A stretch of DNA of 64,000 nucleotides from Chiloscyllium plagiosum (GCF_004010195.1 NC_057750.1:4754745-4818744), one strand, 5' to 3'. Positions 1 through 14,362 are shown, counted from the stretch's first letter. Notes: a model not told the origin generated them from the letters alone. Translations and numbers: made by a program.

Positions 1-824
1 AGTTTTGGAGGGCTATGGGCCAAATGCAGGCAGACGGGACTAGTTTGGGAACATGATTGGCATGGATTGTTTGGCTGAAGAGTTGGTTTCTAGTAGTGCG
101 TTCAAATGATCTAACAAGTCCCTGGTCACTTTATGATAACACTGACATCTCCTTGAGACACATTTCTTTCTTTACTCCTTGCAGTACCACTCCCCTTTAA
201 GTGATACTTTTAATCTGGCAGTTTTTTTTCCAAAATGAATTCAGATTCTCAAAATTCCACAAGACATGAGTACATAGTCTCTAACTGACTTGCGTGAGCA
301 ACACAACCACTGACACACCATACCTGCTTATGCAAGATCCCCGAATGATGTTTCCACTGTGAACACCAATCCTGCGCTGCCCCCAAAAAAAGTCTGAGGC
401 TTGACAATTGTCGCAACCCATTTGTGAGAGCAGGTCGGGTAGTGGGAAGGTCTGTGGTGACAGACGATAGGATCAGAGGACAGCTGGACAATGCACCCCC
501 TCTGAGTTCATGATCCCAAACTTTTATTTCATAATGCCACTTTGGGCACTCCTGTGAAATTGAATAAGAGAAGAGCAGATTTTTAAAACAAAATGCTTTC
601 TCAAAGAATGAGGGCATCATTGCCTGGCTGCATTAATTACCTATTCCTAATTCCTTAACAAGGTAGTGTGACCTGCCTCCTTGAACCATTGCAGTCCATG
701 TACAGTACTGAGGTTCAAGGCTCTATTAAGGAAGAATTTAGATCAAATATAATACAGTCTAATTGTAAAGTGACTTTCCTGCCTTTTCCTTTCATAGTCT
801 TTAAACTTAAAAGAGGTCAACACA

Positions 825-1040
825 TTGAAGCTGAATACTCTAAATGCTGAAAATCTAACAGAGTCAGCAGGTTGGGCAGCACGAGAAAAAGCAGAGTTAA
901 CAGGACTTCTGACAGAGGGTCACTGGACTTGAAATATGAACTCTGTTTCTCTCTCTCTCTACACAGATGCTGCCAGACCTGCTGAGTTTCTCCAGCAATT
1001 TTTGATTTTCTTTCAGGTTTCCAGAATCTGCAGTCCTTCA
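825..1040. mobile_element. Fold-back Penelope-derived element (family B), old
   Basis: Inverted arms around ttctgacagagggtcactggacttgaaa followed by actctgtttctctc...cacagatgctgccagacctgctgag. Confidence 0.65.
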
Positions 1041-1672
1041 TTTTATTTAAGAATTTCATTGGGATTTGGCTGTAAAGAACGGCCTGAGTGTTTGTGGCAG
1101 GTGCTATAAAAATGCAAGTTCCCTCTTAGAATGGTGATGGGACACAACTGAGACAGAGTTACGCAGTGTCAACTACACCACATTGATTTCTCCAATGTTT
1201 TCACAGTTTAAACCAAGAGCACCAATTCAGAAACAGCCTATTTCAGCAGCAACACCCTTTGAACAATATTTGCTCAGAACTGGCTGCTAAACCCAAAAGA
1301 TCTGACAGCTAATGGGAAAATGACTTTCTGCTTCAAGATGAGACAAATTGTTAAACTGGTGGAAAGAAAATGACAAGTAAATCCAAAACGTATTTAAGCC
1401 TTAAAATTTCTATTAATGTCGATAGGATGTTAAAAGCAGGCTTCCTTATGGCAAATTAAAGCAAATTAAATCAGGAGCATTATTATATAACTTAGAAATC
1501 ATTGATATTTCTCAGTAATCAACTGCAGATTAAACACCCAGTAAGCTTGTTCTGGAATGCCAGAGTATTAACCCTTTGATGGGCGGATGGATTATTATCT
1601 TTCAGTACTGTACGATTTGCGAGAGGTGAGGGAAACACAGGAGCTAGCCATTTCAGACAGGGTGTCTGCACG

Positions 1673-2180
1673 TACCACATTCTTAAAGATGTCCTCAACC
1701 GCATCTCAACCATTTCCAGCACTTCTGCCCTCAAAACCCCTCCCCCCAACAACAATAAGGATCGAGTCCCTTTAGGCGAAAGTGAGGACTGCAGATGCTG
1801 GAGATCAGAGTCGAAAAGTGTGGTGCAAGAAAAGCACAGCAGGTCAGGCAGCATCCGAGGAGCAGGAGAATCAATGTTTCGAGCAAAAGCCCTTCATCAG
1901 GAATGAGGAGTGGGCAAAGAGGGCTGAGAGATAAATGGGAGGGGGTGGTGCTGGGGGGAAGGTAGCCAGGAATGCAATAGGTAGATGAAAATGGGGCATG
2001 TTGATGATAGGTCGGTATGGAGGGTGGAGCGGATAGGTGGGAAAGAAGATAGACTGTTCAAGAGGGTCGTGCCGAGTTGGAGGGTTGGATCTGGGATAAG
2101 GTGGGGGGAGGGGAAATGAGGAAACTAGTGAAATCCAGATTGATCCCATGTGGGTGGAGGGTCCTGAGGCAGAAGATAAG
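1673..2180 (-). mobile_element. Penelope-like element 3' fragment (family A terminus) with an adjacent inverted RT fragment
   Basis: Minus strand 2180-2105 reads LIFCLRTLHPHGINLDFTSF, like a PLE GIY-YIG C-terminus, followed by the terminal repeat with a hammerhead-like motif near 1870-1900. Plus strand 1673-1775 reads approximately ILKDVLNRISTISSTSAL...NKDRVPL, like the PLE RT/EN linker. Confidence 0.75.
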
Positions 2181-2184
2181 ACTG

Positions 2185-2590
2185 ACAGTGTCAGTCATGT
2201 TAACATTGGGTTACAGTGCCAGAAGCTAATCTTGGGCTACAGTGTCAGTGATATTAATCTTGGGCTACAGTGTCAGTGATGTTAATCTTGGGATACAGTG
2301 TCAGTGACGTTAATATTGGGGTACAGAGTCAGTGATAGTAATATTGGGGTATAGTGTCAGTGATATTAATATTGGGGTATAGTGTCAGTGATGTTAATAT
2401 TGGGGTACAGAATCAGTGATATTAATATTGCGGTATAGTGTCAGTGATGTTAATATTGGGGTACAGAGTCAAATGTTGATTTTGGAATACAGTGTCAGTG
2501 CTGTGAATATTGGGCTACAGTGCCAGATGTTAATTTTGGGATAGTGTCAGTGATGTGAATATTGGGGTTCAGAGTCAGTGATATCAATAC
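2185..2590. repeat. 28-bp minisatellite, about 15 copies
   Basis: Unit approximately ACAGTGTCAGTGATRTTAATATTGGGGT. Confidence 0.92.
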
Positions 2591-3344
2591 ACTGGCGAAC
2601 ATCTCATGTCTCTCACTACAGGATCTGGAAGTCTCCCCTGGCTTTGCTCACAGGGAGATAAGATTGATACCACACAAACCAATTCTCGTCTATCAGGTGT
2701 GTGGGAACTTGAATTCAGCATCACTGTGGCAAGCGAAAAGTTTCACCTCTCCCGCTGCCTCCAAACAAAATGTCAAAGCTGGAATAGAGAATGCACGCAC
2801 ACCTGGTGCAAGGAATATATTGGCACGGTGAATAGCAGTTCCTGGGCACCACCTAGGATTTTCACCCACTCATTCCAAAGACATGAGATTAACCCTTCAT
2901 CTGCAGCCCACTGAGATTCTACAAAGTGGTCAAAATGAAGGGCGACAGGGAATGAGTAGAGAGGTTGGGATTAATGAGGTAACTCTTCCATGGAGCCACC
3001 AAAGGAACAATGGGCTAAATGGCATCCCTCTGCACTTTGTAACTTAATGATTCTCTCTCTGGCCTTGGCTCTCTGGGATTCTGACGTTTATTTTTATGTT
3101 CTCTTAATACACCTTAAACTGGAGCTGGTATTTAAATATTCCACTACCATCCCTCACAACTCCCCAACATTCTGTAGGTGCTCTTACTGGGGAGTGGGAA
3201 GCAAGAATTACATGGGAAACAGGAGAGAAGCTTTCAGTCCCTTGAGCTGGATCTGTAATTCAATTACATTGTGGCCAGTTGATCTAACTCCACATACATA
3301 ACAAATAGGAAATCAGAACAGCAGTAGGCCATTTGTCCTACTTT

Positions 3345-3936
3345 GTCCTACTGAGACTTTATAAAGCTCTGGTTAGGCCCCATTTGGAGTATTGTGTCCA
3401 GTTTTGGTCCCCACACCTCAGGAAGGACATACTGGTACTGGAGAGTGTCCAGCAGAGATTCACATTGATGATCCCTGGAATGGTAGGTCTAACATATGAG
3501 GAACGGCTGAGGATCCTGGGATTGTATTCATTGGAGTTTAGAAGATTAAGGGGAGATCTAATAGAAATTTACAAGATAACACGTGGCTTGGAAAGGGTGG
3601 ACGTTAGGAAATTATTTCCGTTAGGCAAGGAAACTAGGACCCGTGGACGCAGCCTTAGAATTAGAGGGGGTAAATTCAGAACAGAAATGCGGAGACATTT
3701 CTTTAGCCAGAGAGTGGTGGGCCTGTGGAATTCATTGCCGCAGAGTGCAGTGGAGGCTGGAACGCTAAATGTCTTCAAGGCAGAAATTGATAAATTCTTG
3801 ATGTCACAAGGAATTAAGGGCTACGGGGAGAATGTGGGTAAGTGGAGTTGAAATGCCCATCAGCCATGATTGAATGGCGGAGTAGACTCGATGGGCCGAA
3901 TGGCCTTACTTCGCTCCTATGTCTTATGGTCTTATG
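3345..3936 (+). mobile_element. CR1 LINE 3' fragment
   Basis: ORF 3333-3851 (LYKALVRPHLEYCVQFWSP...RRLRGDLIE...FFSQRVV) is a CR1 ORF2 C-terminus; short-repeat tail. Confidence 0.93.
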
Positions 3937-6164
3937 TCCCCAACAGTCTGCTCCACCCTTCAAATGAATCTTGGCTGATCTTCTACCTCAGCACCATTTC
4001 CCCCATTATCCCCATATCCCTTGATATCTTCAACATTTAGAAACCAACTGATCTCTGTCTTGAGCACACTTAATGGCTGACCTCTCATAGCCCTCTCACA
4101 GAGAATACAGTCCCAATCTCCTCAATCTCTCATCATGGGACTGTCCTTTCATCCCAGGAATCAGTCTGGTGATCCTTCACTACACTCCCTCTGGGGGAAG
4201 TATATCCCTCCTTAGGTAATGGGACCGAAATTGCAACCAACGCTCCAGGAACAGACACACCAAGGCTGTATACAATTGAAACAAGACACCTTTACAGAAT
4301 TACGGTATTGTTATAATGCAGAAGGAGGCCATTTGGCCCACTGCGCTTGCACCAACTGTTCATATGGGCATCATTACCCAGTGCCAACCTCCTGCCCTTC
4401 CCCCATACCCTTGCACATAACTGTCCAAATAACCAGCCTATGCCCTCTTGAATGCCTAAATTGAACCTGTCTCCACTACATTTCCAGGCAATGCATTGCA
4501 GACCCTAACTACTTGCTATATAATAAAGATTCTTCTAATATTCCCCTTGCTTCTTCATAAAGGCCCATACACCATTTTCTTTCATAATTGTGTGCTTTTG
4601 TCATGATAATCTATTAATCTCAGTTATCAGATTAACAATTAAGTGTGCATCAAGCACCATTTGCAATCCCCCCAACTGAGTTCCCCACCATCCCTCCTGC
4701 AGCAATGCCCCCTGTTAACTCCATCCTTCATGACTTCAGTGGACAGATTCCCCAGGATTGCTCATGGTCCCCTCGAGTCACTCAGTTAGATAATCCCCAA
4801 TGATTACCATGACCCTCAGTAGAGGTACAGATCGCCCCACCTTCACCACTCAAGTGGTGCCCACGGCCCTGGGCTAAGATCGGATGCTGTGCTTGACTGA
4901 CTGGACTCACCAACTGAACACCAACTCCTTGGACTTATCTGAGGACTACTCCCCTTAGACTTTGCAACAGGGTAGTGCAGCGTACTTGCCATGAACATTG
5001 CTGGCATATGTTGTAGGTGTGAGATTAGTATAGTATGGTGCCCGTTGACAAAATACCCACCCCCTTGGCTTTGTGTCTGCACTGAACAGAAGTACTGCGA
5101 GCCTTTCAGGCCTGACTGAGGGGTCAAAGCAATAAAAAGCAAGGCAAGTCAAGGATGGAATGAGCATTCAAGTAAAAATTAAAGGGAAAGACAACACAGT
5201 CCTACCAGACCATTGGGCAGCTCACTCATTAGAGAGAGAAAGAGATGACCTGCGGTGGTTTAACCTGAGGGTTACCACATCTCAGACCAGGGGAGAGATT
5301 GAGAAGGAGAGTCCTTCGTGGCAACCTCAGCTAGTGCATGATATGAATCATGGTATTGTCGTCTCTCTGCATTGCAAACCAGCTGACAGCCAACTGAGCT
5401 ATGCACAAAGTGATTGGGCACTAAGAGAGTGAGCAAGCAGTGCTGAATGCAGCCTGGTCCAATTCATGAGCTGGGTGCCTGTCCCTGTGTACAGAGAATC
5501 CCTGCAGCAGCCTTTCAGTGAGACGTCCCAGTATGCTCCGAAGTGCAGCATTGAGGTACAGAAGCAAACTGTAAGTGGATCAATGATTGTGCCATAATAA
5601 TGCCAAGTGGCTGACACAAGTCAGATGTGGAGTGTGCCTTGAGGTGCTGGGGCTGGATGTTCACCATGGGGTCTGGAGGAGCAGAAGATGAGCTCTAGAC
5701 GCTATGTACCCAATTAAAGCTTCGTGTTGGGAATTCTCAATGTCTTTTTTCTATCTGGCGGGTGGGTGAATGGGAGAATATGTATTAATGCATCAAATTG
5801 ATGATAATCACTATTAAAAGCCTCTCCCTAGTGAGAATCTTGTCTTGATGTCCAGGAATTGGTTGGAGAATGTGACTCATTAGTGCTGACAGCGTGAAAG
5901 GTCTCCCTCAAGATCTCACATGATTCTCCCAAATTTTTCACCAGTGCCCACATCGTTCAAACCCAGAAAGATTATGCTGTTTTTGCTGTTGTCTGTTTGG
6001 CTGCTGCGTTTTTGGTCTTTGCCAGTTTGGACTTGGCCTTTGCCTACCATTTTCCATTCGCTCGTGGATCTCGGATCCCTTTACTTTTCACTCTCTATCG
6101 ACATACGTTGCAATTTCCCAGGTATATCCTGTACACAAAAAGCAGGACAAATCCAACCCAGCCA

Positions 6165-7520
6165 ATGACCACGCATCAGTCTACTCTCGATCAGTAAAGT
6201 GATGGAAGGCATCATCAACTGTGCTTTCAAGCAGCACTTGCTTAGCAATAACCTGCTCAGTTTGGGTTCCAACAGGGCCATTCAGCTTCTGACCTCATTA
6301 CAGCCTTGGCTCAAACATGGACAAAAGAGCTGAATTCCAGAGGGGAGGGGAGAGCAACAGCTCTTGACATCAAGGCTGCACTCAACCAAGCGTGGATTCA
6401 AGAGGTCCTAGCAAAACTGGTATATAGGAAGATGGTCTACAGGGTAATGTCCTAGGCCCAACCATTTTTAGCTGCTTCATCAATGAACCTCCCTCCATCA
6501 TAAGGTCAGAAGTGGGGATGTTAGCCAATGATAGCGTAATGTTCAATACCATTCGTGACTCCTCAGATACTGAAGCAGTCCATCTTTCAATGCAAGAAGA
6601 TCTGGACAATTTCCAGGCTTGGGTGGAAACATGGCAAGTAACATTCACACCACATAAATGCCAGGCTATGACCATCACCAATAACAGACAATCTAACAAA
6701 ATCCCTTGGTATTCAATGGTATCATTACCATCAGTGAATTTACCCACTATTAACATCCTGGGGATACCATTGACCAAAAGCTCAACTGAACTTGCCACAT
6801 AAACATATTGGCTGCAAGTGCAGGTTAGAAGCTAGGAATACCGCAGCAAGGAACTCATCTCCTGACTCCTCAAAGCTTGTCTACCATCTCTAAGGCATGA
6901 GTCAGGTGAATGATGGAAACTTCCCACTTGCCCTGGATGGGTGCAGCTCCAACGACACTCAAGAAGCTTGACACCATCTAGGACAAAGTAGCCTGTTTGA
7001 TTGGCACTACATCTGCTCCCTCCATTACTGACGCTGAGAAGTAGCAGTGTGTACTATCTGAATCTCCAATATTGTGCATTCAAGATAAAATACAGTGAAA
7101 AGTGTGTACCATTGCTCATACATAAGCACCATTCACAGAATAAAACATTAAACAAAGATAACTTAAAGAGAGTCCAACTTTTCCCTTACTGCTGCTACAG
7201 CATGCTGTAGCCAGATGCCCGTTCTGGGCTTTCCAACCCACACCATGCCACAGAGAGTGTCCTGAGCTAGGCTCTTCTATAAGATGCACTGCAGACATTC
7301 ACCAAAGTATCTTCCAATCCCAGGACTACTTCCATCCAGAAGCTCAAGGGCAGCAGATACATGGGAACACCACCCCCTGCAAGTTCTCTCCAAGCCACTC
7401 ACCATCCTGACTTGGAAATATATCGCCATTGCTGGTGGACTGCAGCGGCTCAAGAAGGCAGTTCACCCCCATCTTCTCAAGGGGAACTATGGACTGCGAT
7501 GCCCCCATCCCACAAATACA
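6165..7520 (+). mobile_element. Old CR1/L2-clade LINE, RT region to 3' end
   Basis: Degenerate RT (LDIKAA, LGPTIFSCFINELP, MLANDSVMF) and a 3' tail shared with copies near 25960-26530 (+), 48770-49460 (-) and 63290-63620 (-). Confidence 0.8.
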
Positions 7521-9371
7521 TCTTTAAAACCAAATTCCTCTTGCTTGTGCAGAGGCTTTCTGATATCAGGGCTTGGGGGGGACGGAGGGTCATACGAGCA
7601 TCTGCAGGTTGTGGTGGCTATCTTTAGTGATCACCTTTAACCCTGGGGAGATATATTAGAAAGCAAAAGTCAACTCAGCTCTCCCAATTTTTTTTGGGGG
7701 GGTTTGTATGTGGCAGTTATACCAGCTCAGGTTTTATCTTCATGTACATCCCAGGATGTGACCCCACAAGCTTAGACTTGAAAAGTGAATAAAGTCTTAT
7801 CTACTGAGCCATCTACAGTTGGACATGGACAGAAAAATAGGGCATTCAGTACAGGGTCTGTTTGCCAAGGGACAAGGACTAGGTGGGGAGGGTGCTGCCT
7901 CTACTGGTTAGGCCAGTTCTAAAACAAGACAGGTAGCAGGGAGCCACATAAAGCTATTTGCACTCAACATAAGTCACAAGACACCTGTCATAAGAAAGCC
8001 AGTTACCAAGGCGCGATGAGGAGCTAGGCTTAATTATCAGCTTGCAAAGAGACAAAAGTCACTTGCTGCGTGGGCTGAGAGATTTCCAGAATCAAATGAA
8101 CAATTTAATGACGTTGGGCTGGCTCATCCTATTTTTTTTACTTTGAACACTAATGAAAACTGGAGCTTCTAAATCATTGTCGGCCTAATCCAGGCTTTGG
8201 CAGTTAGGCCTGGGGCCTTGCTGTTTTTTTAACTGTGTTCATACGATCAGCTCAGGACTGTGAGGCCTTTGGTTTATTATCTAAACCTCTTTCCCTATTC
8301 CCAACCCCCAATAACTTAAGGCCTAGTTAGTCTCCTCTTGACTTTTTGTCTTCTCTCTGCTTGCTAATCCCTTTTTTAAAGGAGACAAAGAGCTACAGAG
8401 TAAACATGGAATACGTGTTAAACCACAGTCCAAATTTTCAAGGACCCAGATAGAAAAGAGGACACCCGTTTAGCTTACAGAGGTGTCCAGACCTGTGGGG
8501 CAAGGATTTCACAGGAACTTGTTCGTTCAAACCCAAATTGCCAGATAACCACCACTCAGTCCTCCAGGGATTAACGGTTTCTACTCTATGAAATACAAGA
8601 TAATTTCACATTTCACCTGTGTTTTTACAGGTCTCAGCCCTCTCTTAGTGTATATAACAGTAAACTAGAAATTTAGTTTGTAGAATTTTTGCAGCATGAA
8701 TAAATATTCTTTGGTCCATCATATCCAGACTGATCATCAGGTATCTCGATATAATCTAATTGATCTGTTTGTTAATACACACCTCTGGAGCAGGTGAGAC
8801 TTTAATCCAGGCCTCCTGGATCAGATAGGGACATTTCCATTATGATACAAGAGTCTTCATCAAAGATATAACTATTCTTAATCCTATTTTTCAGTATTTA
8901 GCCTAAATACTTGGCATGTTACGGCATTTCAAGTGCTCATCTAAATAGTTCTTAAATGTCTTGAGGCTTCCTATCTTTACCACCCTCTGAAGCAATATAT
9001 TTTTTAAAAAAAACAGCTATGGGATTTGGACATACCTTGCTAGGCCAATTATTGTTGCCCCTGAGGAGGTGGTGTTGAGCTGCCTTCCCACAATCCATGT
9101 GGTGGAGACACACCCTCAGTACTATTAGGGAGGAACTTCCAGGATTTTGATTCACTGACAACAATGGTATGGAGATATAGTTAGTTATGGAGGAGTGTGT
9201 GTGTACTATGTAAGATGGGATCTAAGAAATGACATAACTGCTCCTATTACTAACCTGCATGTGACCATTTTGTTAATAATTGGACCATTAATGAGTTAAT
9301 CCATGATGGACAGTACATTAACATTGAACAGTTTTATGACCAGTTGATGTGCTATACCTATTAGCCATTTC

Positions 9372-9706
9372 ATAGAATTCCTGCAGTGTGGAAGCAGGCC
9401 ATTCAGCCCATCAAGTCCACACTAACCCTCCAAAGAGCAGCCCTCCCAATCCCTGAAACCCTGCATTTTCCATAGCTAATCCATCTAGCTTACACATCCT
9501 TGGACAATATTGGCAATTCAGTATGTCCAATCCACCTAACCTGCACATCTTTGGACAGTGAGAGGAAACCAGAGGGCCCAGAGGAAACCCACGCAGAGAC
9601 AGGGATAATGTGCAAACTCCACACTGATAGTTGCATGAGGGTAGAATCGAGCCTGGTTCCCTAGCACTGTGAGACAACAGTGCTAACCACTGAGCCACTG
9701 TGCCAC
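9372..9706 (-). mobile_element. HE1-type tRNA-derived V-SINE
   Basis: tRNA-like head (gtggctcagtggttagcactg), V-domain core (gtgtggagtttgcac...ggtttcctc), CR1-like tail. Confidence 0.85.
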
Positions 9707-9778
9707 TCTCTTTCTGTTTCTATCCCGAATTTTCTCTTTCTTCTTCCTCACTATGGCTCCACTTCTCTCATTTTCTTT

Positions 9779-9779
9779 G

Positions 9780-9803
<24 letters not shown>
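9779..9803. repeat. (CT)n microsatellite
   Basis: Direct observation; similar tracts at 14699-14717 (GA) and 37920-37960 (CT). Confidence 0.9.
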
Positions 9804-9810
<7 letters not shown>

Positions 9811-12737
9811 CTCTTTTGTCAAAAGGGAAAAAAATAAGCTGAGGAAGTGAGGACAACATGTGGATGAGATAACAAAGTGAGGTTAATATAGATCAGAGGC
9901 TGGCCTTGTAATGTAGGACATAACCTCTTTGTCACAGCAACATGTTTTATTGAATGTAACTAGAATAAGAGGATTGGCTCCAGGTCCCAGTGATCCAGCA
10001 TTGCTATGACATATTTTCTTTTACATGGGTTATTCTTAGAGGAAATTCCCTTCAATTGACAAACAGGGGTGAAAAAATAAGCAATAATCCCAGAAGCGAC
10101 GAAGGGAAGTTTCATTTTCACACATGCAAAAGAAGGAAAATGCAGCGGTCCTGCACTAGAGTCGGTACTGTCCTTGTCCCCAAGTTTTGGGTTTGGGTCG
10201 CAATTCACCGCTTGATAGTTGAGGATGTTACATTCATAACTTCACTGCAAGAGTAATATATCAACTTAGGAAATCTTCCAAAACTTGCAGATCTTTCCTA
10301 CGGCAGGTGGTAAACATGTCAGAGCTTCCTTGTCAGCCTTGGTATCAGCCTTCAGGCTATATCTTCTGCCTTCATGCTGAGGACATGTTCCAGGAAAAAC
10401 AGGGAATGGAAGAAACTGTAAGTATCTGCATTGTGTATCTGATTCATTAAATGTGGGAAGATGTAGATTTAAAGGTACAAAACCGGAGACTTAGTGGCCC
10501 AACCGACACAGGGATTGACATACTGTAGGAAATAGGAACAGGGGTAAACCATTCGGCTCTTCAAAGCCTATTCTGCCATTTAATAGGATAATGGCTGATA
10601 TTCCTTACAACCACTTTTGTGCCCTTCCCCCACAATCCTTAGTTCCCTTGCAAATCAAGAATATGTCTGACTCTGCCTTAAATATACATAAGGACTCTGC
10701 CCCCACATCTCTCTGTGGCAAGGAATTCTGAACATTCATAACCCTGAGGGAAGAAATTCTTTCTCATCTCAGTCTTAAATTGGCACCCCTTTATTCTGAG
10801 ATTGTGCCCTCTTGTCCTAGATTTTTCCCATGAGGGGAAACATTCCCTCAGCATTTAACCCATAAAACCCCTTAAGAATCCTAGATATTTCGCTGAGATC
10901 ATTTCTCATTTGTCTAAACTCCAGTTGATCTAAACTGTTTAACCTTTGCTCATAAGGCAATCCCTCCAGACTAGGGATTATCCTCGTGAACCTTCTCTGA
11001 CAGAATGGGGCAGAGGCTAGGACAGGCCTGGGAGTTTAAAATACAAAGACAAATGATACTCAGGAAACACAGATTAGAAATATAAAGAACAAGGTTTTGT
11101 GATGAGACCATGAGATTTTGAATTAGTCCATTTGGCCCATCGAGTCTGCTCTGCCATTCAATCATGGCAGACAATTCTCAACCCTTCTCCCAGTAACCCT
11201 TGATCCTCTTAATGATCAAAAACCTATTTTACTCTGTCTTTAAAACACTCAATGATTTGGCTTCCTAAAGCATTCTCTGGCAATGAGATCCACCACCTTC
11301 CGTTACAATGAGTTCAAATCCCACTCTAGGACCTGAGAGCAAAAGTCAAAGTGGATAGCCTTGAGGGAGGGCTGCACTGTCAGAAGTTCTGCACTGTGTG
11401 GGTGATCTGCTAAATTAATTAGGCTACACCTTCTCTCTCAAGTGGAGAAGGAAGATTTCATGGCTCCATTTTGAAGACCAAAGGGTCTGTTTCTGTGTTA
11501 TACATCTCTATGATTCCATACTCTAAGACCAAAGGAGTTGCCCTTCCCTGCCTTGATTCCTTAAGGAGTAATAATAAGATGAATGATATGGTGGTTCAGT
11601 CATTGCTCGCTTGAAAAACTCATGTTCCCCTGAGTTTCTATGGTGGGTCTTGTGTGATTGAATTCCTGACCTGTTTTTCTTCAGGTGGATGGTCAGAATA
11701 TTTCATGGGGTAGTGAGACCCAGAGAACAGGATTTGCTTCCCATTGGATGTCAGAGGTTTGGCTCAGTGATTAAAACGGTGACTAGGGGTTGTATGCTGT
11801 GGGCAAGATGGCTAATGTACCATGACGTTGCCTGTGAGAGGCAATGCCAGACTGCCAACATTTGCCTGGTGCATAGCAGCCTCCCGAAGTCAGCACTGGC
11901 ACAAGGGATAGTGGCCTTTTGGCAGATATCTGCTGAGTGGCAAGTCATTCTGGAATGGCACATGGTTCGATAAGGCTGGAATCAGACACAAAGTGCCATG
12001 GGGCAGATTTGGTAGGGAACAGGGGCAGTGTACTGAGTTAGATGGCAGAGTAGATCTATAGAGTTGAATAGCCTACAGCTACTCTTACATTCTATGTTCA
12101 AGTACATGATAAGATATGGTGGGAAATACTGTGGTGAGAATTATATCCAGTGCCTTCGGCGTTTTCATCAAAAACCCAACGCAACTTGCATTTAGCCAAA
12201 AAGAATGTAAGGTTCAAACTCAGGCCACTTATGGAAGCAGAGTTGATGGGCTGAATGGCCTAATGCTGTTCTGGTTCCTCTGCCTCAAAATGCTATCTTT
12301 AAAACAGTTTCAATGTGACATTGAGCCACACAATGTGCTATTATGTCAGGCGTCTCAATCATGGGTGATAAGGCAAGGAAATTTCAAAGCTTAAGACCCA
12401 GATAGCTGAAGGCACTGGATATAATTATAGCTCACTGCTTATAAAGCTGCCTTAACTGAAATTAAAATTATGCAACCAAAAACAACATGCAAGCTCAGTT
12501 GTGGTTTGATTTGAATTCTTCTGTGGCCCATTTGTCTCAATCACAAGACAGGTTTGGGATAAGTGAGACCTTAAATGGTTTGGAATGGCAGAGATTTCAA
12601 GCCTGTGGAGCAGGTGAGTATAGGAAGAAGGTGAACAACAACAACCTGTCTTTATGGTGCACCTTCACTGCCATGAAATAGTGCAGGGTGGGATTGTATG
12701 CAAGAAAACAGTCAGGTCAAAAGAACTCAACAGCCTT

Positions 12738-13062
12738 GGCAGCACAGTGGTTCAGTGGTTAGTGCTACTGTGTCACAGCACCAGGGACCCGGGTTCGATT
12801 CCAGCTGCGGGTGACTGTCTGCGTGGAGTTTGCACATTCTCCCTGTGTCTGTGTGGATTTCCTCTGGGTGCTGCAGTTTCCTCCCACAGTCCAAAGATGC
12901 GCAGGTTAAGTGAATTGGCTGTGCTAAATTGCCCGTAGTGTTACAGGATGTGCAGGTTAGATGCATTGGTTAGGGGAATGGGTCTGGGTGGGATACTGTT
13001 CAGAGAGTTGGTGTGGACTTGTTGAGCCAAATGGCCTGTTCCACACTGTAGGGATTCTATGA
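12738..13062 (+). mobile_element. HE1-type V-SINE
   Basis: Same head, core and tail. Confidence 0.88.
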
Positions 13063-13532
13063 CAAAATAGCCTTGGCATGGCCAGATTCTGTTGTTCGAC
13101 CACATGCAGTGCAGGGTTTTGAGTGACTGAGGATCCCCATCTTGGGTGCAGGTAAAGATCCCATGGCTGCTGTGTTGAAAAGACAAGCAGAAGTTTTCTC
13201 TGTAGAATCTCAGCCAATATTTATCCTCACATACCAACCTTGAAACATTAACTCTGTTTTTCTTTCTCCACAGATGCTGCCAGACCAGTTGAGTTTCTCT
13301 AGCATTTCTGTTTTTAATTCAGATTTACAATATCCAAGGTATTTTTGCTTTCATTGCAATATTCATCTCCAACTCAAAGATCAGAATACAGATTATCTGA
13401 GTTACTTGTCTCTTTACAGCCGGTGGGACTTTGCTCTGTGCAAATTGGCAGCTGCACCAGTACCTATCAGAACCAAGTGGACTCCATCTGCACTGTAACA
13501 ATTCTGAGATTTATTTTTAAAAAAGAAGCCTT

Positions 13533-13935
13533 ATAGTTTGGAAGCGCGTCATTCAGCCCATTGAGCCCACCCAGACCCGTCACATTCCTGTAACCCTACA
13601 TTTCCATATTTACTTATCTATACTACTTAACTCCGTGATCTGCCTGTATTGCTCAGAAGACAAAGCTTTTCACTGTGCCTCTGTACACATGACAATAAAT
13701 TCAATTCGATTCAATTTCCCACGGCTAATCCACCAAGACTGCACATCCCAGGACACTATGGGGCAATTAAGCATGGCCAATCCACTCTAACCTGCATAGC
13801 CTTGGACCCTGGGAGGAAAGTGGGGCACCCTGAAGAAACCCAGATAGACATGGGGAGGCTGTGCAAACACTACACAGACAGTCGCCCAAGGGAGTGGAAT
13901 CAAACCCAAGTCCCTGGTGCAGCGAGGCAGCAGTG
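13533..13935 (-). mobile_element. HE1-type V-SINE with a nested ~105-bp LINE tail ending in (ttcaa)n
   Basis: SINE interrupted at about 13607-13715 by an AATAAA-(ttcaa)n fragment. Confidence 0.75.
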
Positions 13936-14119
13936 CTAACCACTGAGGCACCATGTCAGACCCCTCTAGAATCGTTTGTTGGCTGTAAAACCCCTTTCTC
14001 AACTCATCAAAGGCAGTGTAGGAATTTTTATCTTGAAGCACCTTGCCAGAGATGCTAAATTTAAAGCCAAATACAATACAAAAGTGATACAGATCAACAA
14101 TGGACAGATAGAGACCAAA

Positions 14120-14362
14120 TGGGCAATTTTTTCACGCAGAGGGTGGTACGTGTATGGAATGAGCTGCCAGAGGATGGGGTGGAGGCTGGTACAATTGCAA
14201 CATTTAAGAGGCATTTGGATGGGTATATGAATAGGAAGGGTTTGGAGGGATATGGGCCGGGCGCTGGCAGGTGGGACTAGATTGGGTTGGGATATCTGGT
14301 TGGTATGGACAGGTTGGACCGAAGTGTCTGTTTCCATGCTGTACATCTCTATGACTCTATGA
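14120..14362 (+). mobile_element. CR1 (HER1-like) 3' end
   Basis: FFTQRVV...WNELP...FKRHLD region and (ctctatga)n tail. Confidence 0.88.

Noticed and set aside
2185..2590. Regular ~28-bp repeats as a possible CRISPR array (likewise the 30-bp arrays)
   Set aside because: Units are head-to-tail with no unique spacers, the context is vertebrate, and there are no cas genes.
2606..2914. Possible plus-strand exon after ctcactacAG
   Set aside because: No recognisable protein similarity in either open frame.
4843..5167. Minus-strand ORFs with acceptor-like sites (…HGKYAALPCCKV*)
   Set aside because: Two frames are open, neither resembles a protein family I recognise, and there is no supporting gene structure.
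6081..6128. Possible minus-strand terminal exon DIPGKLQRMSIESEK* after a good acceptor
   Set aside because: Too short, no recognisable homology, and no partner exons found.
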